Origin: Saccostrea echinata | Lineage: Eukaryota | Assembly (NCBI RefSeq): GCF_033153115.1 | Contig: NW_026889814.1 | Location: 930,001-994,000 of the forward strand | Length of the DNA: 64,000 nucleotides | Direction: 5' to 3' | Shown: piece after piece, positions 1-11,722 of the stretch | Numbering within the stretch: position 1 is the stretch's first letter | How the letters are laid out: each line of letters starts with the position of its first letter | Made by a program: the position numbers and the translations under genes | Notes under the pieces: generated by a model | What the model was told of the DNA's origin: nothing | What the model saw: the letters and a program-made list of their open reading frames with translations, nothing else | The model's database searches: none

Positions 1-494
1 TCAAACATCTTGATTAACAACTGCATTAAAGCATACTTTTTTTTTTATTTATTTTTTTTTATTATTATTATTTTTTATTTTATTTAATTTTTTTTTTTTT
101 TGGAACGTAGTATATTTCTCATTGTGTTTTAAATTCGATAAGTATGATATACTTTTTATAGATATAACTCTCTGGAACCAAACAAGACGCTTTTTGTTGA
201 AACACAAAAGCATATTCTGTTCTGTCCGGAACTTAAATATCACTTCCCTTTTAAAATTATTTGAAGCAAAGGCACACATTATAGGAGAACATTTAATATT
301 TTCTGTCAACTAAAAAACAAAAATAAAAAAATAGGGTCCATTTACTTGAAAGTTGTTAAAATGAACCGACAGTTTTATTTCCATTTCCACTACTTTAAAA
401 TTTAACTTATTTTAGGTTAAATGTGCGTTATAGTAATTAACCTCCCAGCAACAAAGTTAATTTACTTTAAAAAGTATTCTAGGTAAATATTTAC

Positions 495-750
495 CTTCTA
501 ATGTTAGCGGAATGAGCGTATCTCCACAAGTATCACTTGTAATTCTTCTATGAAGGACTCCGTTTTTCATTACGACAGGATAAAACTCCGGATCGAGAGT
601 ATTGGTGTAGTTGTACCACATCATGGTAAACTTATAATCAACATCAAAATCAAAGTAACAGACATTCTTAACACAGTTCTGGTGAGGTCTCACCACTCGA
701 CATTGGCACTCAAATAGGAAGAGGACGAAGAAGAGTAGCCGCACAATCAT
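495..750 (-). CDS. First coding exon of a secreted multicopper oxidase / laccase-like gene (continues off the left edge)
   Basis: Signal peptide MIVRLLFFVLFLFECQC, then C-x4-C-YFDFDVDYKFTMM...YPVVMKNG, resembling invertebrate laccase N-termini. Donor GAAG|GTAA after 495. Polypyrimidine + AAG acceptor 4 nt before the ATG. No copper motifs lie in this exon, so the product call is from recognition only. Confidence 0.6.
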
Positions 751-1103
751 TCCACTTAAAAAAAAATGGCAAACAAAAAAAAACTTGTTTTACTTCGACA
801 CTCTTCTTCCTGTTCTTTTGCAATGTATTTAACAAAAGAAAGAAAACACTTTATAAAGAGTCTTTATTTGATATTTTTAATGATTAATGTACTTTTTCTT
901 GTCTCTATCGAGGTGACCTTTTACAAATTCCACTTCCGGCATGTTAAGATTTAAATATTAGGTCCTACTCTAAGTCAACCTCCTAGTTTTGGTTTTATGA
1001 AGTTTAATGTCAAAAAGTAAAAATTTCATTTATATATAGACGACATCATATGTACTAGCATATAATTTAATTAAGTCCCAAATGTAAACCTATTAGTATA
1101 TTA

Positions 1104-1292
1104 CAGGCCCAAAGCCTGAAAAAAATCTGACAAGAAGAAAAAAGTGTGTTTGTGTGTGTTGGGGGGGGGACGTACATCAAAAACTGGGGGGGGGGAACCA
1201 GCATCTGAAGGAAATTTTACTACAGCAAATTACTCAGAAAAAAGTGTGATGGGGCCCCCACTGCCCCCCCCCCCCAGCGTTCTACGGGCCTG
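1104..1292. mobile_element. Small non-autonomous DNA element remnant (CAGGCCC...GGGCCTG ends)
   Basis: 7-bp terminal inverted repeat enclosing a GC-rich island with G/C runs in AT-rich DNA. No clear TSD. Confidence 0.4.
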
Positions 1293-4200
1293 TATTATGC
1301 CCCAATCCATTGTAGTAAGGTTCGCCAATAGCAGCAAGGTCCTGTGGTATTTGGTTCCATCTGAAATTCTCAAACGGTCTTATCTAAAGCAGAATGTCTA
1401 GAAATAGAACCAGTCTATTTTTTAAGCATGATACAACCCGGAATGCATTTAGTTAAACGACCTTCGACAAACACGGTTCAAGCAGCAAACAAATCACCAA
1501 AGCAAGCAGGATTCTCAAAAAGGAAAATGTTGTTTTTAGTATGACTGTGCAGGCTATTTAAAAAGTAGGTGTATATTTTAAAAAATACTCAAATTTTCGA
1601 ACTCAGTGACAGATATTTTACATGTACATATGATCGAATACTTTGAATACACTTTAATTTATCAAAGTGTGGTTCTAACCATTAATTAGGGATCAAATTA
1701 TTTTCAGAAATATTATAAGAAATATGTTTAAAAAATCTTCATAAGAACATCGTCTATAATTTGTCAGTGTAATTCAAATTTAGAATAGTATCAACATGCA
1801 AAATAGACTCTTTTTGCGAATATTATTTTGAACTTTTATTTTGAATTTATATACATGCACGTTTTATCAATCATTCTTCTTGGCATACGTTCCAAATCTT
1901 TACTTATTCTTGGACGGCGAATTACTTAATTATTTACTTAATTTTACAGTGACAGTTGCGGGACATTTGTTGAGAACTATAAAAGGACGGCGTTGGACAA
2001 TTTAGCGGATTGACAAGACGTTTTACCGAATAAATATGAACTTTGTAGCGGGAAAATATGTGGACATGTTAGGGGAAGATCTGTAGGACATTTTAGTGGA
2101 ATTCGAAACAGGATGCGGACATTTAAACGGAAAATCCAGTTAAATATATACATGTATATTTCTCTTCCGCTATTAGTCTGCAGCTCACCAAACAGGTAGA
2201 CAGGAGTATGACTTTGAGAATGGTCGGGGAATAACTCTTAGTTCGAATACGAGGTTTGTCGTTTTTCTTTGAAAATTTCTAAGAAACAGGGTCTGGTTTT
2301 AGGCAAACCATCATTTTTACCGTGTTCTCGTATATTTCCCTGAATGAATATGAGTTGGGTTTTGATTGTTTACCTGTGCCATTGAAGCCTCCGTTAGTCT
2401 AAGAGTTGATTACTGAGTAATTAATTAATCAATATATCCGTTAAAATGTCCATTGAATTTTTCCAGGTAACTGATTTTTCTTCCTCTAAAATGTCCTTAG
2501 TCCCAAAAAGGGTAGGGTTTAATACCCTCATCACTTTCTAATATATGTACTTTATAGAAATAGTCGTGTAATGATCTGATTTATCTTTCTTTCTTGCCCA
2601 TGTTAATATGTTGACGGTGTGACCGTTAGGGCGAGCGCAGATACCTTTCAGTTTTAATTAAAACCGGGCTCGTCAAACCGCACGTGATATTTGCAACGTC
2701 TAGACTCTGACGTCGCACTTCGTATGTGCATTACCAAAACGAAGTTTGAACAGTGCTAATTTTAATCAAAAACGTTTAATCTACTATCTGTCTGCTATAC
2801 ATGTATATCCATTAAATCAAGGTGATTTTTTTTGTTGAATATTTTTGTTGCTACCGCGAGAATGTAGTTTGCGACGAGATGCATTCCGCTAAGCATTATG
2901 GGACCACAGGTAACTGCGGAAAAAAATCATTTGGATCAATGTGCAAAGTCCGAATTTTCTCTTCGCCCAGGCGTTGCTTTAAGGGCTCGCAGTGACGAGC
3001 GGCGCTTCGCGCCGCTCGCTGCGCTCGCTATAAAGATGCTATCAAGATCAGAACTCCTTAACAGCTTGCATGTATATATTTAATATATAAAACACATAAT
3101 ATAAAGAATTGAATAGTTTTATATATGTATGTATATATAATATGCATGTAATGCAACAAGTCTACTATAATACGCAAGTTTCGAGATTAATTATCTCCCT
3201 TAGTGTGCTCTTTTGTTACGAAAGGTCATTTTGTTTCCCTGTAAATCGGCGGGTCATTCTCTATCCAGAGTTGTCGTTCCCGCTACGCTCCCATATACCC
3301 ATAGATCTGTCAACACTGGAAAATTTGTAAATGATGAAAAAATGTATAATTAATAATAGATTTTAATTATATTTCTCAACTGAAAACAGGATTTATTCTA
3401 ATCTATTACCTTTTAAAAGGATTTTTAAATTAAGTTTTTAATTTTTGCTCCGCAAAATAGTTACCTTTAGTTAAAACTTTAGAAATAAATCGTTTTGAGG
3501 GATGATAGATTTAAGAAAGAGAAACCTATAAATAAAAAAATGTATAGCTTCCATAATTGTAATCCTCTTTGATTTTATTCTGGGAAAATAATGTGCAAGA
3601 AATAAAAATACATGTATAGCCTTCGTTTTTTCTTTAGAAGTTATAAGAAAGGTTAACGTTTTAGAATCCTACCTAAATAAATTTTAGTGAAAAAAATGGA
3701 AGATTGATAAGAAAATTCGATCTCGTAAATACCTTTTATTTTATAATTAATTTCTATGAATAAAGTCTAAAACTTCTCATTAAGGTATAGGGAAGATTAC
3801 ATTTTGGAAAAAAATAAATTGTGTAAATCAACATACCTTTGACCTTCGATATCATGGGCACAAAAAGTGATTACTGTAGATCATAATCTTTAACGATGTC
3901 TTTTGTTTTTTAATAGTGTCAACAAAATCTTTAACAAAATGAGGCTTTTTACATAAAAAAAATTGATTGCTTAAAAAAAGAGGTGTTTGGTATACCAAGA
4001 ATTGACACAAGTCTGTACACGGTAGTTTCGTCTTTCCCCTTTCTAGTTACATGTTAAAAAAAATACCAATAGAAAAAAAACCAGAATGTTGCATTATAAA
4101 AAAAAGCTTCTTAGTCTTATTTACATAATTTTTTTTCCTGTGTATGATTGGTAATATTAGCACTTTTGAAGTTGCGTGTGCAAAAAATATAGAAAAAATA

Positions 4201-5633
4201 TAGAACTGTACAAAAAGTATTGTAACTTACACATTGTATCAAAATCAAGTACCATGCGAGATTCGTATAAGTCTATCTATAGTGGCGAGTTTAATTTGAA
4301 GGCGTTACGGGGTTGTAACCCACTCTTTAAATTTACTAGTAGCCTATAGAAAAAAAATTCCCTTCTGGCCATGTACATCTTTTTCTATAAACAAATTAAG
4401 CATTCTTGCTGACTGAAACGAGGTTTAAAAATATAAAAGGGTTTTTGGATGAAAGTGAATCTTTAGGATAAAAGTGAAACTTCGTTTTCCTTTCACCGAA
4501 AATCCTCTTATAAGGATTTTATTTACATAATGCATATGTGCATTGTATTGCAGGTTGTTTTAAATTCATTACGATTTATAAATTGTATCTCTATAATGAA
4601 TGGTACATGGCTTGAGGAGGGCGCCTTGCGCGACACGGCAAACTTGTAACAATTAATTTTTAAGCGCGCATTTTGCATGGCTCTCTTCTTTTGTTAAATG
4701 GTTCTACTGCTTAACGGAATAATTGTAATTTGCCCAGAAGCATGGCTAAGGCCTGTTATAAGGTGAACATTTACTCAAATTACACTGATGGCCCAACGGT
4801 AAATCATTTAACACTATCCATTCAACAGCTATGGTTAGTAGAGTAGAACCATGCAACAAGTAAAGGTTACATGTAGATTTTACTAACAGTCCGCATTTGA
4901 ATAAAGCGTCAAAGGAACATTCATCTGCAGTGAGAAAATATGAAACCACGTAATGCGTAGAACAACGAGGGAGTCATGATGCAAATGCATTTTGGCTAAC
5001 ATTCAACGCAACGACACGATATCTTAACAGGAAAAAATTATTAATATATAAAATATGAGTAAACTGAATGCATACAAGAGAAAGGGAAAGTGAATATCAA
5101 ACCCTTATTACATACTTGATCAAATAAAGAATATTTTAAAGACCTCCTTTCAGCACGTGGATAATTTAGATACTTCTCATAACGGTACAACAAATAATAT
5201 TCAACTGGGATTTCAAGCTGACATATCATCTTTCTTGAATGTTAGTAAACATATAATTATTGTTCTACAAGCATATAAACTTCTTCTTAATTAAATACGC
5301 AAACAAACAACACAATGATCCATGCAATTGTGAACTGGGAAGCAGTTTTTTTTTCTGTTGCGTACAGTTATCGCCCGCATAAATTTAAATTGCATTCATT
5401 TTTTTGCATAAATAAACATTTCTGCTAAATCCATTTTAAAGTAAAAATATCAAGAATAAACATTTTATAATTTATTTAAAAATAACACTAGAAATATTCT
5501 CTTTATTATAGAATAAGTATTTTCCTAATTATTTTTATTGTAAAAAACTATGAAACATCAATGTATTAGGCATATATATAATTTATTTTACGAGGATAAA
5601 TTGTAACTTAGTCAGACGGACAAGAAATAAATA

Positions 5634-6427
5634 AAGAGAGAGGGAGAGAGTGGGGAGGGAGGGAGGAGGGGGAGAGAGTGGGGAGAGAAAGAGAGTGAGT
5701 GGGGAGAGAGAGTGTGTGGTGGGAGAGGAAGGGTGCAAGTGGGGAGAGAAAGAGAGAGAATGGAGAGAGAGAGAGAGAGAGAGTGGGGAGTGGAAGGGTG
5801 TGAGTGGAGGGTGAGTAAGGGGGAGAGAGGAAGAGAGCGAGTGGGAAAAGAAAGTGGGGAGACAAAATGAGTGAGTGGGGGAGGGAGTGGGGCGAGAGAA
5901 TGTGTGGTGGGAGAGGGAGGGTGCAAGTGGGGAGAGAGAGAGAGAGCGAATGGGGAGAGAGAGTGAGGAGAGAGAGCGAGTGGGGAAGAGAGAGAGTGAG
6001 TGGGGAGAGGAAGGGTGCAAGTGGAGAGTGAGTGGGGAGAGGAAGAGCGCGAGTGGGGAGAGAGAGTGAGTGGGGAAAGAGTGTGGGGAGTGGAAGGGTG
6101 CGAGTGGAGGGTGAGTGAGGGACGAGAGGAAGAGAGCGAGTGGGGAAAGAAAGTGGGGAGACAAAACGTGTGAGTGGGGGAGGGAGTGGGGAGAGGAAGG
6201 GAGCAAGTGGGGAGAGAGAGGGTGGGGAGAGAAAGAGACCGAGTGGGGAGTGTGGGAAGAGAAATAGAGAGAGGTATTTGAGAGAGAAGGGAAAGAGAAC
6301 GAGTTGGGGGAGAGAGACATCGAGTGGAAAGAGAGTGCATGAGTGGAGTGGATAGAGAGAGGGGGAGTAGGTGGGGAGAGAAATAGTGAGACTGAGTAGA
6401 GGGGTAAAGTGGGGAGAGAGAGAGAGG
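5634..6427 (+). repeat. Polypurine low-complexity satellite (GAGTGGGGAGAG-like units, ~300-bp higher-order period)
   Basis: Almost only G and A on + with repeated GTGGGGAGAG. Block 5781-5890 recurs at ~6081-6190. Confidence 0.9.
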
Positions 6428-6600
6428 TGTTTCAGTTTCATGTAAAAGTTATGTCAGTGGTTTTGAAAATACAACTTAGCTGACATGTTTTGTATTTTTT
6501 TATGTTATAAACTTTGCTTCTCTGGGATGGGTACTTCAAAATTTGCTCTTCTTTTGACCTGCTTGTTATAATACTTGTATATTTCTTTTATTTGTATAAA

Positions 6601-7122
6601 TAGAGGATATTCAATGTTTTGTAGATGAATATGGAATTTATTTCACGAGTGGGACAGGATTTTTTGATATTTTCACGAGTGCGAAACACGAGTGAAAATA
6701 TAAAAAAAAAATCCTGTCTCACGAGTGAAATAAATTCCATATTCATCTACAAAACATTGAATTTTCTTTTTATTACATTTTCTTTGATTTTCCCTTTGCC
6801 TCTGTCTTTTCTTAACACAGTGTCATAGGTTTGACGTCATAGTTGAGCGGTTGAGACGTCATACTTAGCAGTTGTGAGATTGAAAACATTACATAGCATG
6901 GATTTTAGCAACATATTTGAGAAGAAATTTGCTGTTTTAGCTCTATCAAGATGGTGAGTTACTAGCTCTATCTTATGACAGGCCAGAAATTATTTTTTAC
7001 TTACTTTGATATCCTTTCACACTGTGAGAGAATATCATTTTGGCATCCTTTCACACTGAGAGAGAATATCACTTTTATTCAATAAATAAATCACAGTATT
7101 TCACTGTTGAAAATGTAATAAA
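6601..7122 (+). mobile_element. Non-autonomous terminal-hairpin element, copy 1 (possibly Crypton-type)
   Basis: Palindrome 6609-6762. TTTATTACATTTT (6769-6781) pairs with terminal AAAATGTAATAAA (7110-7122). Internal TGACGTCA. Confidence 0.7.
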
Positions 7123-7493
7123 ACAAGATATTTAACTTAAATGTGTTGCAAGTAACTTGCATGTTTTCATTGTGTTGCAATACAATCAGTTCTCTACCGT
7201 AACATGTTTTCCAGTATCTGTATGTAAAGTCGCGCAATTCACAAGTTTACAAAAGTAAATTCTACAAGTTTGTCAAATTTTGAAAATGAGAAATTATGGT
7301 GAGATAACCGTGCTACAATTTTTTACATTTTTTTTTCTAATTTCTTGGTTTTTTTCCCAAATTTGTTTCAAAAATGTTATTTTTTATTTCTTATTTTAAT
7401 TAGATTAAAATTTTCCAGTTTTATATTTTTTTCTTAATGTCATTTTATTTAACGATATTTAACGATTAGCGATTTCCAGTAAAAGTTCTTCCA

Positions 7494-8028
7494 AACCTGT
7501 TTCTTTACTCCTCTCTAAAATATTAACAACAGTAAAGAAGAAACTTCAGGAGTACCGTGCATCAATATATTCGAGAAGTTTTGTGAATCAAATGTGGATA
7601 CTTAAAAATTCCAAGGAACTTTCGAAAAAAAAAATTAAATCACAAACCTGGCTTTTTGACATTATTGACAGCTCTTTCTCAATAAAAATGGAATTTATTT
7701 ACCTTGTCATTGGTCAATTAATGGAATTTATTTACCTTGTCATTGGTCATTTACAAAATTATTTTGTTAAAAATATTCTTATTTCAAACACAAGTACTCT
7801 GATATTGATATTAAAAAGATACTTGAGTTTCTGATTGACTATATCTATGTTTTTTTTGGAGACTAGGTCTTCCAACAATCTGTCTGAAATCCCATGGGTA
7901 CCAAATGCGCCTCGTACTAAGCAGACCTTTCTTGTATTCATATGAAGCAGAATTTATCTAAAATCTTATACATGAGAAGAAAACACTTGCTGTGACCTTC
8001 AACTCGACATTTAGATGTATCGACGACA
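7494..8028 (+). pseudogene. Penelope-like retroelement RT fragment (degenerate)
   Basis: Frameshifted translation gives ...KILTTVKKKLQEY...VNQMWILKNSKEL...IPMGT...ADL.LYSYEAEF...TFNSTFRCIDD, matching Penelope-type RT motifs. Confidence 0.75.
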
Positions 8029-8053
8029 AATAATCAATTAACAATAGTTATTC

Positions 8054-8208
8054 AACCACTGAGCGAGCGCTCTACCGACTAAGCTACATGTATCGTGACG
8101 GTAACCTCTTATAGAATTAGAACAGAAAAACGTTGACATTCGCTTCGTGATAGGGAGGCCCGGATTCGATTCTCGTTCGCTATGCCGCGTCAAACGTAAA
8201 ACGTTTAA
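8054..8208. mobile_element. Two tRNA-derived SINE head fragments in opposite orientations
   Basis: gcgctctaccgactaagctac (minus-strand A box) and ttcgcttcgtgatagggaggcccggattcgattc (B box), the latter matching the head of the SINE at 28193-28556. Confidence 0.55.
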
Positions 8209-9184
8209 GGGGATGAAGGACACATGGTCACATGACTCTGTTTTACTACGTCATAGTCTCCGTTTATATAAGTGCAAAACGTGTAGAGCATCAGTTCTTG
8301 TATAATTTTTTGACAATTTCTTAACTTTAATTACCATCTTATATAAAAAAAATTAAAAAGTTTTAACATTCTTGTAAACATTAACAAATTATGAAAAAGA
8401 TTGATCCACTCCTCTGTTTCCCTAAACTGCGCGTCCAACATACACGATCTGTTAGTACAGCAAGATCATACTCGGTGAACATAGAGGCGGTATTATTAAT
8501 ACATGTATGTAAAAACAGGTCATAATCAGTATATGATGAAATATTTTGAGAAACGGGGAACACAAAAATTATTTTTGCATGGTTGATGACGGAAATCTTA
8601 TGTAGGTATATCTTATTTCGCTTATTTAGCTTAGGTGTGACGTAATAGTTGGTTTTTCCCGTACTCGAGAAATGTAACATGACATGTTTTTGTCATGCTC
8701 ATGTCCTCTTTAACAATGTCCTGTGAAAAAATGAGGTCAGCTTCATCATTCCAAATTTTTACAGTTAATCAATAATTTGAAGGATTTGCATTTCAACATA
8801 AATTAAAAAATATTGAATGATCGAATTTTTTGTAAATAACGTTTTTTTATTGTTTAAGTTGTCTTGAAAAGTGTGTAATTTTCCCTATCCAGATACAGTG
8901 TGATAGACAAAACTTGCTTTTTCGAATTTTAAATCCTAGTTATACTCTGAAATATTTTAAAAGATACATGTCCACTTTGATATTTTTTATGTATGCTTAA
9001 AAAATCCCATTATGGACAGATTTATGAGCCCGGAAACATGGAGAATTAAAACTGCACTTAGATACTGTAGGGCATAGTTTTTGCCAATGAATATCTCTAA
9101 AACAAGGCAAGAAACCTTATCATATAACTGCTTTAAAATATGTTGGACATGCGGTAGGTACGATAAAGAAACGTTACTGCTCAA

Positions 9185-9780
9185 TGGCCCTGGGTGCCGC
9201 GTTTAGGTTTTAACTTGAAGCTCTTCACCGGTAGTTTTGGACGAGACATCTTTACTCCTCATTACCACGCACCTAGTTTATCTAAAGGGAAGAGAGGACA
9301 TAAGTGATCATTAGAGTCACGCTCTTAAATCAGAACCAATGTTCTGAGCCCAAAGATATCAAAATCTAGAAAAAGGCACTTTTTCTCAACATAACCACGC
9401 ACCTAGTTTATCTACTATATATATAGGGGAGAGAGGATATTTTCACTATATGATCATAAGAGACCCGCTCTTACATGTACTTTAGAACCCCTCACCCTGA
9501 GACCATAAATTTTACAATTTTGGTAGAGGGCTCAATGCTTAATGCTTGATGTCCAGAGGTAAAGAGGAATTTTTTTGAAATCTGATCTCTTTTGATGATT
9601 TTAGACTCTCTCCTTATCTTCCAGGGGAGCAGGGACCATGAAATTAGCATTTTTGTATCCCTTCAATCATTGATGGTACAGTCTAAAATTGGTTTAAATT
9701 CATTCAGAGGTTCAAGAGAAGAAGCTGAACAAGTTTGAAAGTGTACGATCGATGCACGTCACACGAAAGACGCTGGACTA
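9185..9780. mobile_element. Degenerate Helitron/Helentron-associated (HINE-like) repeat
   Basis: Internal duplication accacgcacctagtttatcta. Motif aaattttacaattttggtagaggg is shared with the ~165-bp tandem units at 29.3-30.2 kb. Confidence 0.4.
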
Positions 9781-11406
9781 CGTAAGACATACAAAATCAG
9801 ATAGAAATATATTTATTAATATTTCTCCAATAATATACATATATACTAATGGGAGGCAAGCAAAAAGCATACCACACACATTGTATATGATGATAATATT
9901 AGGACGTGGAGTTAAGGAGAGAGAATGTACTTTGCTCCCAAACATACATTTGAGAGTATAAAAAAAATCAGGAGACGCAGTTACATGTATCTCTGGGCCT
10001 TCGCCGACCTCTCCCCCAAACCCTGGGATTAACGCGTATTTCATTTCTAAAACTTCACTAATCCGGACACTACTGGTTCCATAGAAAATGGCCGGATTAG
10101 GCAACATTCCGGATTAGACAAAATTTAAACCAAATGAATTTACTGAAATGGACTTAAAGTTAACATCGTATTAAGCAAGATTTCGGATTACACATCCGTA
10201 TTAGACAAGCTTTACTTGTATTATATAATATAGGTAAAAAGTAGAGGGTCAGATTTCTATGAAGTCATTTTTCAAAGTTTGTGGAGTCGTAGAATAGTCG
10301 TAGAGGCCTGGAAGGGTTTCCTACAGTCGAAAATGACCCTACTTGCAGTATAATATGGACCGGGGGTCACTTTTCCACGTAGAAAATTGACCCCCCCCCC
10401 ATGGCTAATATTCTACAGAGGTCACTTTTCGTCGTTACACCGGCAGGTGGGACAGTTATTTGAAACGTTACATCATGGATATGCCAGTCTATTATAACTG
10501 TTTGTCGGGATGCACTCATAAACTCGAAAGTAAGTAAAAGTAAAGTAAGTAAAGTCAATTTCTTTCTACCAAAAAAATTGGAACAGAAGGAAATATCAGT
10601 GGATAAGGCTTATCAGACGAAGAAGAGAGATGGATCTCGAATAAACAGCTGATAAATACACTTGCATCTGATAATTGCACGTCGGCATTATGAATGACAC
10701 ACTGACTCTTTCCATTATAATAATTTCAAAGAGTCCACTAACTTCTTAGAAAAAGGTTAGTACAATCAAGGAAGCGTCTATTTCACAAAGTAATCTGTTA
10801 AAAACTATGACGGTTCTTCAGTTTTCAAGTATCCTAATTGAAAGTAGATTTGTATAACCTTTATAGTAGAGCTCAATAAATCATCAAAATCATCGCTGTT
10901 TGACCTTATAATCTAGCTATAACATTAAATTAATTTGAAGAGCCCTATAGCTACATGTAGTCATCGTTTATTTATTTATGCACGTTTGTGTACATTGACA
11001 AACTGTCTCACTTCATTGCTGATATGGATACTATTTGCGCCTCTATCGTTGGAGAGCTACAATCTCGAAACTTGCGTATTGTTCATTTTGTACATGTGTT
11101 TTATTGTCTGATGTGCCATAGGCAGTGGCGTATATTCCTTTCTGCTGATGTGTAGGCTTGTGTGAAGTCACAGATTTAATCTGAGTCGCACTGTGAGTAG
11201 GCAATATCATGATATGAAGACCACTTAACAAAATTAAGAACTTTTAACTATTTTTATTCTGTTTAGAAAATATGGAAACTTCCTTTCTGAATAATCGTAA
11301 TACGATCAATACGTTTAACTTTCTACTAACCAAAATATTTCCAGTTATCAATTTCTCTTCCTGCACTAATCCTGTTGCTGTCGATGGTTTTGAAATTCTC
11401 TGATAT

Positions 11407-11444
<38 letters not shown>

Positions 11445-11512
11445 CTTTATTTAATACACAATCTGTTATATCATAATATAAAACACAGTTTAACATTTTT
11501 ACAGACTGTGGT

Positions 11513-11554
<42 letters not shown>

Positions 11555-11722
11555 AAGAGGAGGAGGGAAGGAGAGAGAGAGATATGATATAATACAAAGT
11601 TTAACATTTTTCAGACTGTGGTTTTTTAGAGAGAGAGAGAGGGGGGGGGGGGAGAGAGAGAGTTGGCATGTTACAATGTATTTCAATTTTCATTTAATAC
11701 ATGAATAATTAATATAACAGAT

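Noticed and set aside
2175-2430. Possible additional tRNA-derived SINE
   Set aside because: A B-box-like GTTCGAATAC is present, but there is no second copy or TSD in the window to support it.
5583-6441. Overlapping 240-280 aa Ser/Pro/Leu/His-rich ORFs
   Set aside because: Stop-free by-products of a polypurine satellite, open in all three minus frames.
8209-8709. TTAA-flanked Kolobok-like element
   Set aside because: TTAA is present at both sides but the terminal inverted repeat is too weak to support.
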